Shown: positions 50,600 through 61,270 of the stretch, piece by piece
Position numbering within the stretch: the stretch's first letter is position 1
How the letters are laid out: the number at the start of each line of letters is the position of its first letter
Origin: Pseudomonadota bacterium
GTDB lineage: Bacteria; Pseudomonadota; Alphaproteobacteria; Rhodospirillales; Casp-alpha2
NCBI GenBank assembly: GCA_036337015.1
Contig: JAYZEZ010000007.1
Coordinates: 553,413-617,412, forward strand
Reading direction: 5' to 3'
DNA length: 64,000 bases
The notes under the pieces: model-generated
What the model was told of the DNA's origin: nothing
Seen by the model: only the letters and a program-made list of their open reading frames with translations
The model's database searches: none
Position numbers and translations under genes: made by a program

Positions 50600-51535
50600 T
50601 CATAGTCTTAAAAAAGAAAGTGCATCAATGACATCATCAACTTTAATTTTTATCATTTCATCACGTTGCAGAAAAGTCACTGCTGCTCCTCGTTGTCCAC
50701 AAAGAGCCGGTTTGGAATCGTTTGAAAATAAAACAACCGAAGAGCAGCCTGTTAAACTTATAATATGCATAGGTCCAGTATCATTACCTACCGCAGCTTT
50801 AGCACCAAATCCCAATGATACCAAGTCTAAAAGACTGGTCTTTCCTGCTAAATTGTTGGCTTCAGGACACTCTACAATTATCTTGTTAATGATGGCCTTT
50901 TCTTCGTTCGTTCCCAAAAGAACTGGCATCAACCCTTTATAAGATAATCTTTTAGCAAGCTCTGCATAGCAACTGAGGGGCCACCTTTTCCGAGGCCTCC
51001 TAGCAGAACCCAATGGAGATAGAAGCACATAATCACTAATTAATCCAAATTTTGTTCGACTATCAAGATTTTCTATATCAAGGGCTGATAAATCTGGAAA
51101 AGGTATACTAGTTATTCCAGCCACCTCAAGTTGTTCAGCCTGCCTTTCAATAGTATGCATAGTATTCCGCATGGGATTATCGTGCGGGTGAGAACAATTT
51201 GGCGCAATACCAGACCATTCAGGCACCAGGCCTGGCCAAAATAACCGTCTATAAAAGGAGCTTCTATCAGAAGTTTGCAAATCATAAACCCTTTCAAAAC
51301 CTCCATGAATTAAACGTTTGCGAAGATTTTTCCATGCATAAATATTCATGATGGATGGACGGCCGCCAGTCCATATATCATCAAAGAAACCAGAAGCTTT
51401 GGCTAATTCTTTATACGGAGAGGTGGTCAATAACACAATTCGAGCTTCGCTGTGATGATTCCGGATCGCAGAAAATGGGCCTAAGGCTTGAACGAAGTCA
51501 CCTAGTGCGCCAAGCTTAATTACTAGAAATGTCAT
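50600..51535 (-). CDS. glycosyltransferase family 9 protein (heptosyltransferase-like)
   Basis: IKLGALGDFV N-terminus and GNDTGPMHI motif. The start abuts the stop of the upstream GT4 gene. Confidence 0.85.
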   Translation of the reverse strand: MTFLVIKLGALGDFVQALGPFSAIRNHHSEARIVLLTTSPYKELAKASGFFDDIWTGGRPSIMNIYAWKNLRKRLIHGGFERVYDLQTSDRSSFYRRLFWPGLVPEWSGIAPNCSHPHDNPMRNTMHTIERQAEQLEVAGITSIPFPDLSALDIENLDSRTKFGLISDYVLLSPLGSARRPRKRWPLSCYAELAKRLSYKGLMPVLLGTNEEKAIINKIIVECPEANNLAGKTSLLDLVSLGFGAKAAVGNDTGPMHIISLTGCSSVVLFSNDSKPALCGQRGAAVTFLQRDEMIKIKVDDVIDALSFLRL

Positions 51536-52693
51536 TTAGTCGCTAATCCTATCAGCTAAAACCTCAGAATAAACGTTAAGGGTTTTGTCACACATAGACG
51601 TTTTAGAAAAATTATTTTTTATATGTGCCATTGCCCTTTTTCTAAAACTTTGGCTTAAGCTTTTAGGAAGGTTTAAAACCAAATTTAATTTTTCAGCCAA
51701 AGCATCTGAATGGCCCGCTGGAAACAGCCAACCTGTTTTTCCTTCAAGGATTATTTCCCGAGCACCTCCATGGTCTGAAGCTATTACGGGCTTACCCATT
51801 GCTTGAGCCTCAATCATTACACGGCCAAAAGCCTCAGGATCAGTAGAAGCTGAAACTATTATATCTGATAACATGTAAGCCGCAGGCATATCATCACAAT
51901 GATCAACTATCCTCACAATTCCACCTAAATCATATTGAGTGATGAGGCCTTCTAGCTCCTTACGATATCCTAACCTTCCTTGATCACCTCCAACTAATAG
52001 ACAGCAAATATTGCGTAGATTAAGTTTTGCAACTGCCTCTATTAATGTAATTTGACCCTTCCAGCGTGTCAGTCGCCCTGGAAGCATAATTACAGGACAT
52101 CCATCTTCCAAACGCCATTTTGAATATAGATTCCCTATTCGTTCTGCCGTAACATTAGCAATATTAAATTTAGTCGTATCAACACCTCTAGGAATTATAC
52201 GAATTCTTTCATTGGAAACGCCATAAATTTGGTGTAGATGACTTGCTATAAATTGAGAAATCGCAATCACTCGTTCACCCCTAGACATAACTGAGTTATA
52301 CCTTCGTTTAAGTTCGGTGCCGATTCCGTAAGTCCCGTGGAATGTAGTAACAAATGGTATATTTGTTCTTTTTGACGCATAGTAAGCAGACCATGCCGGA
52401 GCCCTTGATCGAGCATGGATAATTTGGACATTTTCGTTATTTATAATAGTTTCTATACGTTTTATATTAGCATATATGGATAGCGGATTTTTTGAATGAG
52501 CTGGTAAACAGAAATGCTCCCCTCCAACCCTTTTTATTTTGTGTTCACCAGAACCCCCATTAGAAACAACCAAAGAACGGGCACTATTTTCTACTAAAGC
52601 TTCCGTAATTTCAACTGTACCACGCTCAACACCTCCGCCATCTGAAAGGCTTGGTAATATTTGGAGAATTGTCACGCCTTTAAAATTAATCAA
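51536..52693 (-). CDS. glycosyltransferase family 4 protein
   Basis: LPSLSDGGGVERGT N-terminus and E-x7-E region EAFGRVMIEAQAMGKPVIA. Confidence 0.88.
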   Translation of the reverse strand: MINFKGVTILQILPSLSDGGGVERGTVEITEALVENSARSLVVSNGGSGEHKIKRVGGEHFCLPAHSKNPLSIYANIKRIETIINNENVQIIHARSRAPAWSAYYASKRTNIPFVTTFHGTYGIGTELKRRYNSVMSRGERVIAISQFIASHLHQIYGVSNERIRIIPRGVDTTKFNIANVTAERIGNLYSKWRLEDGCPVIMLPGRLTRWKGQITLIEAVAKLNLRNICCLLVGGDQGRLGYRKELEGLITQYDLGGIVRIVDHCDDMPAAYMLSDIIVSASTDPEAFGRVMIEAQAMGKPVIASDHGGAREIILEGKTGWLFPAGHSDALAEKLNLVLNLPKSLSQSFRKRAMAHIKNNFSKTSMCDKTLNVYSEVLADRISD

Positions 52694-52795
52694 TTTTTCA
52701 AATCCAAAGCTTGCTTGTTCTTATGTTTTTGTAAATATAAATATGCTGCTATTATCGGTACTAAATTCAATTTTAAAAATCCTGTTATACCATTT

Positions 52796-53551
52796 ATGTC
52801 AAATACTTTTAAAAAATTATCTTACAACAATGAAAAATTCATTGCCTACAATCAAACGCCAGGGAAAAGTCCAGGCGTTGTTTTCCTGACGGGCTTTAAA
52901 TCTGATATGACTGGCACAAAAGCCTTGGCATTGGAAAAAATTTGTCAAAACCGCAATCAAGCTTTTTTGCGATTTGATTACACTGGCCATGGCCAATCCT
53001 CGGGTAAATTTGAGGATGGAACAATTGGTGATTGGACAAATGACACGATTTTGGCATTGGACAACCTCTGCAACGGTCCGCAAATTTTGGTGGGGTCCTC
53101 CATGGGCGGCTGGATTATGCTGCTGGCAGCTCTTGCAAGGCCAGAAAATATAGTCGGGTTGGTCGGCATTGCTGCCGCACCAGATTTCACCGAAGACCTG
53201 TTGATAAAAAACTTTTCTGAAAGTCAACTGGATCAGTTGCAAAAAAAGGGTTATGTAAAGATTCCTAACTGCTATAACGAAGAACCATATATTATAAGTA
53301 AAGCACTTTTGGATGAGGGGCAAAAACACCTTTTGCTCAAAGATGAAATACCAATTGATTGCCCAGTACGTCTGATACATGGAGAACTGGACCAAGATGT
53401 GCCTTGGAAAACAAGTTTCCGGCTTGCCAAAAGCCTCAGATCTCAAGATGTTTCGATCTTGTTCGTAAAAGGAGGAGACCACAGAATGTCTGAGCCTCAA
53501 GATTTGGATAGGCTTTGCTCGACTTTGGAGAATTTGCTTGATCAATATTAG
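52796..53551 (+). CDS. alpha/beta hydrolase
   Basis: Nucleophile elbow GSSMGG and C-terminal GGDHRM. ATG at 52796 is preferred; the ORF-track start at 52661 overlaps the divergent GT4 gene. Confidence 0.85.
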   Translation: MSNTFKKLSYNNEKFIAYNQTPGKSPGVVFLTGFKSDMTGTKALALEKICQNRNQAFLRFDYTGHGQSSGKFEDGTIGDWTNDTILALDNLCNGPQILVGSSMGGWIMLLAALARPENIVGLVGIAAAPDFTEDLLIKNFSESQLDQLQKKGYVKIPNCYNEEPYIISKALLDEGQKHLLLKDEIPIDCPVRLIHGELDQDVPWKTSFRLAKSLRSQDVSILFVKGGDHRMSEPQDLDRLCSTLENLLDQY

Positions 53552-53560
53552 ATCCAATTA

Positions 53561-54448
53561 TCAGCCCCTTCCATCAAAAATGGCTTTAAGACCTTTACGA
53601 AAATCTGGATAAGATAATCTTACACCAAGCTCTTCTTTAATTCTCCGATTATCAACCAAACGGTTGTCTTGCCAAAAACTAAGGCCCATAGGCGACATTT
53701 TTTTAGCCGCATCTTGAAATGCTATAATCCTAGGTGGTTCCATACCTAAAAGATAATATGCAAATTCACTAACAACTGCTGGGGACGCGGGTTCATCATC
53801 GCAAACGTTATAAACCGCTCCGGGATTTGGTTGGTTCATAGATGCTCGAACTGTAGCAACAATGTCATCGACATGAATTCTTGAGAATTTATGCCCCGGT
53901 TTATCTATCCTACGTGCCTTCCCATCACGTGCTTTATCGAGAACATTTCGACCAGGACCATAAATGCCAGCCAGACGAAAAACATGTGCATTCATGGACA
54001 ACCAGCCGGCTTCAGCAGCCGCACGCATACAACTACGTTCTGAAGAAGGATTAATTGGTGAACCTTCATCTACAGTTCCACCCCGAGCATCACCATAAAC
54101 TCCAGTTGTCGATAAATAACCCACCCATTGAATATTTTGGTTCGCAATAAGGGCCTTGCCATAAAAATCAATAACCGGATCAATATCCACCTCTATACTA
54201 CTTTTTCTTGGTGGAGGAATTGAACTCAAAACATGGCTAGCACTTGACAAATGCATGTCTAAATTAGGTAGTATTGCAGATCCATCAAAAATTTCAGCAT
54301 CAATGCCAAGTGCAGATAACTCGTCACAGCGTTGATCGGATCGACAGGTGCCTGCAACACTCCAACCTTCTGCTATAAGAGAAAGCGCTAATTTACTTGC
54401 GCTATAACCCAACCCAAAACAAAATAAACGTTTGCCTTGCTCAGTCAT
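53561..54448 (-). CDS. SDR family NAD(P)-dependent oxidoreductase / epimerase-like protein
   Basis: Rossmann N-terminus (LFCFGLGYSA) and NAD-dependent epimerase-like body (YLSTTGVYGD), 295 aa. Confidence 0.8.
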   Translation of the reverse strand: MTEQGKRLFCFGLGYSASKLALSLIAEGWSVAGTCRSDQRCDELSALGIDAEIFDGSAILPNLDMHLSSASHVLSSIPPPRKSSIEVDIDPVIDFYGKALIANQNIQWVGYLSTTGVYGDARGGTVDEGSPINPSSERSCMRAAAEAGWLSMNAHVFRLAGIYGPGRNVLDKARDGKARRIDKPGHKFSRIHVDDIVATVRASMNQPNPGAVYNVCDDEPASPAVVSEFAYYLLGMEPPRIIAFQDAAKKMSPMGLSFWQDNRLVDNRRIKEELGVRLSYPDFRKGLKAIFDGRG

Positions 54449-54465
54449 AGGTTACTCTATTTTTC

Positions 54466-55236
54466 ATGAAAAACATCTTTAAAATTTCTCCCAAAATTAT
54501 ATCTTTTGCGGTTTTTTTTATAATACAATCTAAGTTATTGGCAGCATTTGAAATTAATCATGCCAAACAATATAAGGCATGTATTCAACTTTCTAAAAAA
54601 GAACCACAAAAAGCCTTTGATTCCGCCTTGAATTGGCAAGGGCTGGGGGGGCAACATGCAGCTGAACATTGTATAGCGGTATCCTTAATTGGTCTCGGCG
54701 AACATAGGGAAGCAGCAAAACGACTTGAAGAGCTTGCAAATAATGTCAATAAAAAGACTGAGGTCAAAGCAGGCCTTCTCGCTCATGCAGCTCAAGCGTG
54801 GATTTTGGCAGAAAATTCGATTCGGGCAGAAGCAGTTTTGAACGTAGCTTTGAAATTGATGCCAAACAATGCAGCTTTTTTGATTGACCGTTCCCAAGCA
54901 CGTGCAGGACAGAATAATTATCTGGGTGCCATTAGCGATCTCGACCACGCAATAAATATCGACGAACGATCGGCTGATGCCTTTATCTTTCGTGCATCGG
55001 CTAATAGACACCTCAATAAGCTGGAGGCCGCTATGACCGACGTAGAATACGCACTTAAAATCCAACCAAAAAATCCAGAAGGCTTGTTGGAAAGAGGCAA
55101 CTTGCGGCGAATAATCAAAAATAAAATCGGAGCGAGAAAAGATTGGCTGACATTGATACAGATTAGTCCTAATAGCCCTGCTGCTGAAGCAGCCCGGAAT
55201 AATCTTGAAAGTATGGACGTCAAAATCGGACCATAA
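54466..55236 (+). CDS. secreted TPR-repeat protein
   Basis: Signal peptide followed by TPR-like helical repeats (AISDLDHAINIDERSADAFIFRASA...). Confidence 0.8.
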   Translation: MKNIFKISPKIISFAVFFIIQSKLLAAFEINHAKQYKACIQLSKKEPQKAFDSALNWQGLGGQHAAEHCIAVSLIGLGEHREAAKRLEELANNVNKKTEVKAGLLAHAAQAWILAENSIRAEAVLNVALKLMPNNAAFLIDRSQARAGQNNYLGAISDLDHAINIDERSADAFIFRASANRHLNKLEAAMTDVEYALKIQPKNPEGLLERGNLRRIIKNKIGARKDWLTLIQISPNSPAAEAARNNLESMDVKIGP

Positions 55237-55298
55237 CAGCTTTAAAAAAAAAGATTTAATGTAGGAAGGTAAAACCAGCAAAAGATAAGGGTACATAA

Positions 55299-55967
55299 CT
55301 AAAAATCTAGGTTTGAATAATTTTTTTGCGACGGTATTCCAGGAATTCTATCCTCTAGTATTGGTTGAAAGCTAGGCCGTGATTTGATGCGAGCATACCA
55401 GTCCTTTGCTGCAACATGTTCCAACCACGGAACATCGCCAAGATAATCAACAACAGATAGATGTGATGCAGCAGCAATGTCTGCTAGCGAGAAATAATCT
55501 CCTGCTAACCATCGCCGGCGTTCAATCAAAAAGCCTATATAATCAAGGTGATGGTGAATATTCGCATGTCCTGCACGAACTGCTGCCCCTACTGGCTCCC
55601 CGTGGCCAAGATACCGCTTTGTTAACTTTTCAACTACTAGGTTATCAGTTACTTCTCTATTAAACTTACAATCAAACCAGTGAACCAATCTTCTAACTTC
55701 AGCTCTACCTAAAGCCTGATTTCCAATCAAAGACGGTTTTGAAAAAACTTCATCACAATATTCAACAATAGCAGAACTTCCTGAAATAGTTGTTCCATCT
55801 GATTCAACTAAAACTGGTATCTCGCCGGCTGGATTAAGGGCCATAAAATCGGGCCTTCTCTCATGAATATTTTCAGCTTGAAGCTGAAAATCTATTTTAT
55901 TTTCATGTAGCACTACTCGTACTTTACGACACTCAGGGGACATCCATAGATGATAGAGAATACGCAT
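55299..55967 (-). CDS. glutathione S-transferase
   Basis: Thioredoxin-like N-domain (NPAGEIPVL...SSAIVEYCDE) and a helical C-domain, 222 aa. Confidence 0.88.
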   Translation of the reverse strand: MRILYHLWMSPECRKVRVVLHENKIDFQLQAENIHERRPDFMALNPAGEIPVLVESDGTTISGSSAIVEYCDEVFSKPSLIGNQALGRAEVRRLVHWFDCKFNREVTDNLVVEKLTKRYLGHGEPVGAAVRAGHANIHHHLDYIGFLIERRRWLAGDYFSLADIAAASHLSVVDYLGDVPWLEHVAAKDWYARIKSRPSFQPILEDRIPGIPSQKNYSNLDF

Positions 55968-56095
55968 TAATTGATTTTACAGTTCGTTAAACGTAGAAGA
56001 AACAATGATCTTTAATCATACTAGAAACAAATTTTACTCCACATTTATATGTTGTTCTTTTTAAGTTAATGCGAAGTAATCGCACATATAAAATT

Positions 56096-58882
56096 TTAGT
56101 GAGCCTCATCCCAATTAAGGCCCACACCTATGTCAACAATTAGAGGAACATCAAGATGGGCCGCATTAGACATAGTGATTTTTACTAAGTCAGTAGTTGC
56201 ATCCAATTCTTTTTCAGGCACTTCAAATATCAGTTCATCGTGAACTTGTAATAGCATGCGCGCTTTAAGACCTGCTAGCTTTAATGTTTCTGGAATTCGT
56301 ATCATGGCACGTTTTATAATATCTGCCGCACCTCCCTGAATTGGTGCATTAATTGCTGCTCTTTCGCTCAGCCCTCTAACATTAGAATTTTTCTCGTTAA
56401 TAGATTTTATATGGCACTTTCGGCCGTATAATGTTGTCACAAAGCCTTGCTTGCGAGCTAACTCTTTCGATTGTTCCATATAATCCCTAATACCTGGATA
56501 CTTTGAAAAATAAGCATCTATATAGTCACGGGCTTCCCCATTATCGATACCAAGTTGACGAGCTAAACCAAATGCTGAAATACCATAAATTATACCAAAA
56601 TTGATTGCTTTTGCCTTTCTTCTAACTTTTGGATCCATGCCTTGAACTGGCACTCCAAAAACCTGTGACGCCGTCAAAGCATGAATATCCACGCCTTCGT
56701 GGAAGGCTTCTTTAAGCGTATCGATGCCTGCCACATGCGCTAATAAACGTAATTCAATTTGCGAATAATCGGCACTAAGTAAGACCATGCCATCATCTGC
56801 AATAAAAGATTTGCGAATTTTTCGTCCTTCTTCAGTTCGTACAGGTATATTTTGTAGATTGGGATTGGATGATGCCAGCCGACCTGTTGAAACGCTGCCC
56901 TGAAAATATGAGGTATGCACACGACCAGTGTCCTGGTTAATCTGATCTATTAAAGCATCAGAATAAGTAGATTTTAGTTTCGACAACTGCCGCCAATCAA
57001 GAACTTTAGCAGGCAATTTATGGCCATGAACAGCAAGATTTTCAAGAACCTCTACACCGGTCGAATATGCACCTGTCTTGCCTTTTTTACCACCAGGTAA
57101 ATGCAACTCTTCAAATAAAATTTCACCTAACTGCTTAGGAGATGCAACATTAAAAGTACGTCCTGCTAAGGAATAAATTTCGGTCTCTAAAACGCCCAAT
57201 CGATCTTCAAAGTCTTTCGAAAGTCGTTTTAATTCTATACCATTGACCTTTATTCCGATCCGCTCCATATCAAACAAAATTGGAATCAAAGGTCTTTCCA
57301 AGGTTTCATAAACTTTAACCATTTGACTGCTAACCAACTGTGGTTTGAGAAGTTTATATAATTGCAAAGTGATATCTGCATCTTCTGCCGCATAATTGAG
57401 AGCCGTGTCTAAAGCAACCCTATCAAATGAAATCTTTGCTTTCCCAGAGCCTGTTACTTCGGAGTACTTAATAGTTTTGTAATCTAAGTGCTTCAGAGCT
57501 AGTTCATCCATAGAATGCCCGTGTAACCCACCAGCGAGGACATAACTAAGCAACATTGTATCATCAATCGGAAAGACAGATATATCAAAACGAGAAAGAA
57601 CCTTCATATCGAATTTAATGTTTTGGCCTACTTTTAAAACTGACGGATTTTCAAGAAGGGGTTTTAATGCTTTTAAAGCTTTTCTGATTGGTATTTGCTT
57701 TGGAAAATCAACACCACTAATTTGTCCATCCTCCTCCAAATGAAGTTTGCCTTGATTGAATGGTTGCTTATGGCCAAGGGGAATGTAACAAGCTCTCCCT
57801 TGTTCTATACAAAGAGAAACACCCACAAGATCTGTATTGAGCGCATCTAATGAAGTTGTCTCTGTATCAATTGCAACTACGCCTATTAAAGATGCCTCAA
57901 GAATCCAACGTTCTAATACATCTTCAGTTTGTATTAATTCATAATTAAAATCAGATTTTATTTTTTCTATGCTTTGGGCACTTGAATGTATAGATACGTT
58001 TTCAAGATCATGAATTCCATATCGTAATTCAGCTGATTTAAGCATCGATTTAAATCCATGCTTAGAAAGAAAATTTATTAACGTCTCCCCATGCACCTTG
58101 CGAACGGCAAATTCAGAAATGGCGCGCTTAATAGGAACATCGTCCTTTAAGGTCACCAGCTTTCGTGAAATACGAGCAAATTCAGCTTCATCAATTAATT
58201 TTTCACGACGCTTGGGTTGTTTAATTTCATGCGAATGTTCAAGAAGCGTTTCCAAATCTCCATATTTATTGATTAATTCTGCCGCTGTTTTTATTCCAAT
58301 ACCGCTTACGCCTGGAACATTATCAGAGGAATCCCCAGCAAGTGACTGAACATCAATAACTCTATCCGGCATAACGCCAAACTTTTCTAAAACCTCATCA
58401 GGACCAATTACTTTGTTTTTCATTGCATCATACATGGTTACCCCTGGTCCAACTAACTGCATCAAATCCTTATCCGATGAAACAATAGTAACTTTAGAAT
58501 TTAGCTCTATGGCCTGGCGTGTATACGTTGCGATCAAGTCATCTGCCTCGTACCCTTCCATATCAATGGCAGCCACATTTAATGCGTTAGTTGCCTCACG
58601 CACGAGCTCAAATTGAGGAATCAAGTCTTCAGGTGGAGCCGCACGATTTGCCTTATATTCAGGGAAAATATCACTGCGGAAGGTTTTTCGCGCTCGATCA
58701 AAAATAACGGCAATATGATCTGCATCAGTATCGTCAATTAACTTCATGAGCATTCTAGTAAAACCAAAAACAGCATTTACTAAAGTGCCATCAGGACTAA
58801 TCATATCGGCTTTAATTCCATAGTACGCACGAAAAATAAATCCTGACCCGTCTATTAAATATACGTGTTTGGGAGGGTTCAC
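56096..58882 (-). CDS. polA: DNA polymerase I
   Basis: 5'-nuclease (LIDGSGFIFRAYY), 3'-5' exonuclease (AIDTETTSLD) and polymerase motifs (LLSADYSQIELR, QVHDELIFE). GTG at 58882 is preferred over the ORF-track start at 58933, which overlaps the upstream gene. Confidence 0.95.
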   Translation of the reverse strand: MNPPKHVYLIDGSGFIFRAYYGIKADMISPDGTLVNAVFGFTRMLMKLIDDTDADHIAVIFDRARKTFRSDIFPEYKANRAAPPEDLIPQFELVREATNALNVAAIDMEGYEADDLIATYTRQAIELNSKVTIVSSDKDLMQLVGPGVTMYDAMKNKVIGPDEVLEKFGVMPDRVIDVQSLAGDSSDNVPGVSGIGIKTAAELINKYGDLETLLEHSHEIKQPKRREKLIDEAEFARISRKLVTLKDDVPIKRAISEFAVRKVHGETLINFLSKHGFKSMLKSAELRYGIHDLENVSIHSSAQSIEKIKSDFNYELIQTEDVLERWILEASLIGVVAIDTETTSLDALNTDLVGVSLCIEQGRACYIPLGHKQPFNQGKLHLEEDGQISGVDFPKQIPIRKALKALKPLLENPSVLKVGQNIKFDMKVLSRFDISVFPIDDTMLLSYVLAGGLHGHSMDELALKHLDYKTIKYSEVTGSGKAKISFDRVALDTALNYAAEDADITLQLYKLLKPQLVSSQMVKVYETLERPLIPILFDMERIGIKVNGIELKRLSKDFEDRLGVLETEIYSLAGRTFNVASPKQLGEILFEELHLPGGKKGKTGAYSTGVEVLENLAVHGHKLPAKVLDWRQLSKLKSTYSDALIDQINQDTGRVHTSYFQGSVSTGRLASSNPNLQNIPVRTEEGRKIRKSFIADDGMVLLSADYSQIELRLLAHVAGIDTLKEAFHEGVDIHALTASQVFGVPVQGMDPKVRRKAKAINFGIIYGISAFGLARQLGIDNGEARDYIDAYFSKYPGIRDYMEQSKELARKQGFVTTLYGRKCHIKSINEKNSNVRGLSERAAINAPIQGGAADIIKRAMIRIPETLKLAGLKARMLLQVHDELIFEVPEKELDATTDLVKITMSNAAHLDVPLIVDIGVGLNWDEAH

Positions 58883-58892
58883 TTTCTTATTC

Positions 58893-59087
58893 TCAAAGAT
58901 TAGCTGTGCTGGTAGAATTAGTCTTAACAACAAATTGCCGTGAACAATAGGGGCACGTCACAGGTTCTAATGGTAATTCTTTTTTTGAAACCACTTTCAG
59001 ATATACCATTGGATGACCTAAAGGCTGGCCTCCTCCATCACACCCAATAACACCTTCTTCAACTTCGATTATTTCTACTTGTGTCAA
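58893..59087 (-). CDS. zinc-finger (zf-CHCC type) domain protein
   Basis: IGCDGGGQPLGHPMVYL...VTCPYCSRQF signature. TTG at 59087 with an AGGTGA Shine-Dalgarno gives 64 aa, the usual size. The maximal ORF extends to 59153. Confidence 0.75.
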   Translation of the reverse strand: MTQVEIIEVEEGVIGCDGGGQPLGHPMVYLKVVSKKELPLEPVTCPYCSRQFVVKTNSTSTANL

Positions 59088-59180
59088 TTTTTTCACCTTA
59101 ATACGTTGACCAGCTAGATCAACGAATGATACCGATTGCAGCCAGACAATCAATCACCTTACCTCGGAATTCATAACTAG

Positions 59181-60161
59181 ATGTTTAAAATGCCAAAAGC
59201 TCAAATCACAAAAGAACCAGATTTTGCAGTTGAAACAATAAACTTATGTAAAACTTACAATTTAAAAGATACTGGCCAATCAGTTGAAGCGCTGAAAAAT
59301 ATATCGTTGAAAATCCCGCGCGGATCTTTTTTTGGGCTTTTAGGTCCCAATGGAGCTGGAAAGTCAACTTTAATCAATATTTTAGCCGGACTAGCTATTA
59401 AGACAAGTGGTGAAGCACGTATTTGGGATTATGATATTGAAAGAGATATGAGAAGAGCACGGCTTTCTATAGGTGTGGTACCACAAGAATTAAATTTAGA
59501 CCCTTATTTTACACCACGAGAATGTCTCGAAGTTCAGGCGGGATTATATGGGGTCAAAAAAAATGATCGCCGTACTAAAGAAGTTCTAGACGCTGTCGGT
59601 CTTGCAGATAAAGCAGATGCTTATGCTAGATCATTATCGGGAGGCATGCGCCGACGTCTCTTAGTTGCTAAAGCGATGATTCATTCCCCACCGGTTTTAG
59701 TGCTTGATGAGCCATCTGCAGGTGTAGATGTGGATTTGCGTCGCCAATTATGGGATCGCGTAAAAGAAATGAATCGTCTAGGTGTTACTGTACTATTAAC
59801 TACTCACTATTTAGAGGAAGCCCAGACCCTATGCGATACTATAGCTATAATAAATCATGGAAAACTAATTGCTTGCGAACCGACCAAAGATATGGTCAGA
59901 AAATTAGATACCAAAGAAATGACTGTTACCATAGATCGTAAAATTAAAAGCCTGCCTGAAAGCCTTAAACGCTATAAGGTAAAAGTACTTAATGGCCAAA
60001 AGTTAAAATTTTCCTTCCCTCCGTCTAGCATTAACTCTGGCGAAATACTTAAGGCTATTCAAGATATTGACCTAAACATAATAGATGTGACAACGCGTGA
60101 GACAGAGTTGGAGGATATTTTTCTCAAGTTGACCAGCTTGCCCACTTCAGAGAAGCTTTAA
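59181..60161 (+). CDS. ABC transporter ATP-binding protein (ABC-2/NatA-like, with C-terminal extension)
   Basis: Canonical motifs GLLGPNGAGKSTL, LSGGMRRRLLVAKA, LVLDEPSAGVD and LTTHYLEEA. Confidence 0.9.
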   Translation: MFKMPKAQITKEPDFAVETINLCKTYNLKDTGQSVEALKNISLKIPRGSFFGLLGPNGAGKSTLINILAGLAIKTSGEARIWDYDIERDMRRARLSIGVVPQELNLDPYFTPRECLEVQAGLYGVKKNDRRTKEVLDAVGLADKADAYARSLSGGMRRRLLVAKAMIHSPPVLVLDEPSAGVDVDLRRQLWDRVKEMNRLGVTVLLTTHYLEEAQTLCDTIAIINHGKLIACEPTKDMVRKLDTKEMTVTIDRKIKSLPESLKRYKVKVLNGQKLKFSFPPSSINSGEILKAIQDIDLNIIDVTTRETELEDIFLKLTSLPTSEKL

Positions 60162-60178
60162 GGACCTTCATCCTTAAA

Positions 60179-61201
60179 ATGTTTTTAAAAACTTTTATAA
60201 TTAATCTTATAAAATCGCTCACAATAAATATCATATTAGTCTTAGGTGCATGTGCCCCAACCTTGAACTCCACTTACCCAGAAATTCATTCACCTCAATT
60301 AAATGAAAGGGGGTATTTTACCTCCGATGGAAAAACACTCTCTGTAAAGTCCTGGGGGCCAAAAATTAATCATCCGAAAGCTATTATTATTGCACTTCAC
60401 GGATTTAATGATTACTCAAATTTTTTTAAATCTCCAGGATCCTTTTTTGCAAATCAAGCTATTTTATCATACGCCTATGATCAAAGGGGCTTTGGCTCGT
60501 CTAAATTTCCAGGAATCTGGCCAGGAACTAAATCAATGGTCAAAGATTTAAAAAACTTTATCACTCTGATCAAGAGTCGTCATCCTAAAATTCCCATTTA
60601 CCTTCTTGGGGAAAGTATGGGTAGTGCTTTAATTATAATCGCTATTACAGAAGATCCGCCTATCAATGTTGATGGTGTTATATTATCAGCGCCCGCAGTG
60701 TGGGGTAGAACAACAATGCCGTGGTATCAAAGAATCGCATTGTGGATTGGAGCCCGTATAATTCCTAGCATTACTCTAACGGGTGAAGGTCTAAAATTAA
60801 AGCCCTCTGATAATTTAGAAATGCTACTAGCGCTTGGTCAAGACCCGTTAGTTATAAAAAAAACTCGTATTGATGCATTATACGGGCTGGTTAATCTTAT
60901 GGATCAAGCTTTAGATAGGGCTAGTCAATTATCTGAACGCGCCTTAATACTTTATGGCGCAAAGGATGAAATCATACCCCTAGAACCGACACGCTTAATG
61001 CTAAGCAAGCTTCAAAAGTTAGAAAAAAATCGCTTGCGGTTAGCTTTATATAAAGAAGGCTATCACATGCTTTTACGTGATCTAAAGGCTGAAATTCCAT
61101 TAGGAGATATCCTGACCTGGATTAAACACAAAGACCGACCCTTTGAATCAGGCGCTGACAAAGATGCATACAATCGACTATCAAACTTAAATGATAAATA
61201 G
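60179..61201 (+). CDS. alpha/beta hydrolase (lysophospholipase / monoglyceride lipase-like), probable lipoprotein
   Basis: Lipobox-like LVLGAC after a hydrophobic N-terminus. HGFNDYS and the nucleophile elbow GESMGS. Confidence 0.85.
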   Translation: MFLKTFIINLIKSLTINIILVLGACAPTLNSTYPEIHSPQLNERGYFTSDGKTLSVKSWGPKINHPKAIIIALHGFNDYSNFFKSPGSFFANQAILSYAYDQRGFGSSKFPGIWPGTKSMVKDLKNFITLIKSRHPKIPIYLLGESMGSALIIIAITEDPPINVDGVILSAPAVWGRTTMPWYQRIALWIGARIIPSITLTGEGLKLKPSDNLEMLLALGQDPLVIKKTRIDALYGLVNLMDQALDRASQLSERALILYGAKDEIIPLEPTRLMLSKLQKLEKNRLRLALYKEGYHMLLRDLKAEIPLGDILTWIKHKDRPFESGADKDAYNRLSNLNDK

Positions 61202-61270
61202 CAATAAATTACTGTAATAAATTAATTGCACTCTCTAAAAGCTAATGCGGCAAAACAAAAAGATATGCAC

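Noticed and set aside
52817-53557. 246-aa ORF on the minus strand
   Set aside because: It is entirely antisense to the alpha/beta hydrolase gene, which has a clear GSSMGG nucleophile elbow. The antisense translation is low-complexity with no motifs. It is a shadow ORF.
54685-55296. 203-aa and 101-aa minus-strand ORFs
   Set aside because: They are antisense to the secreted TPR protein gene and have no recognisable features. Long antisense frames are expected in AT-rich coding DNA.
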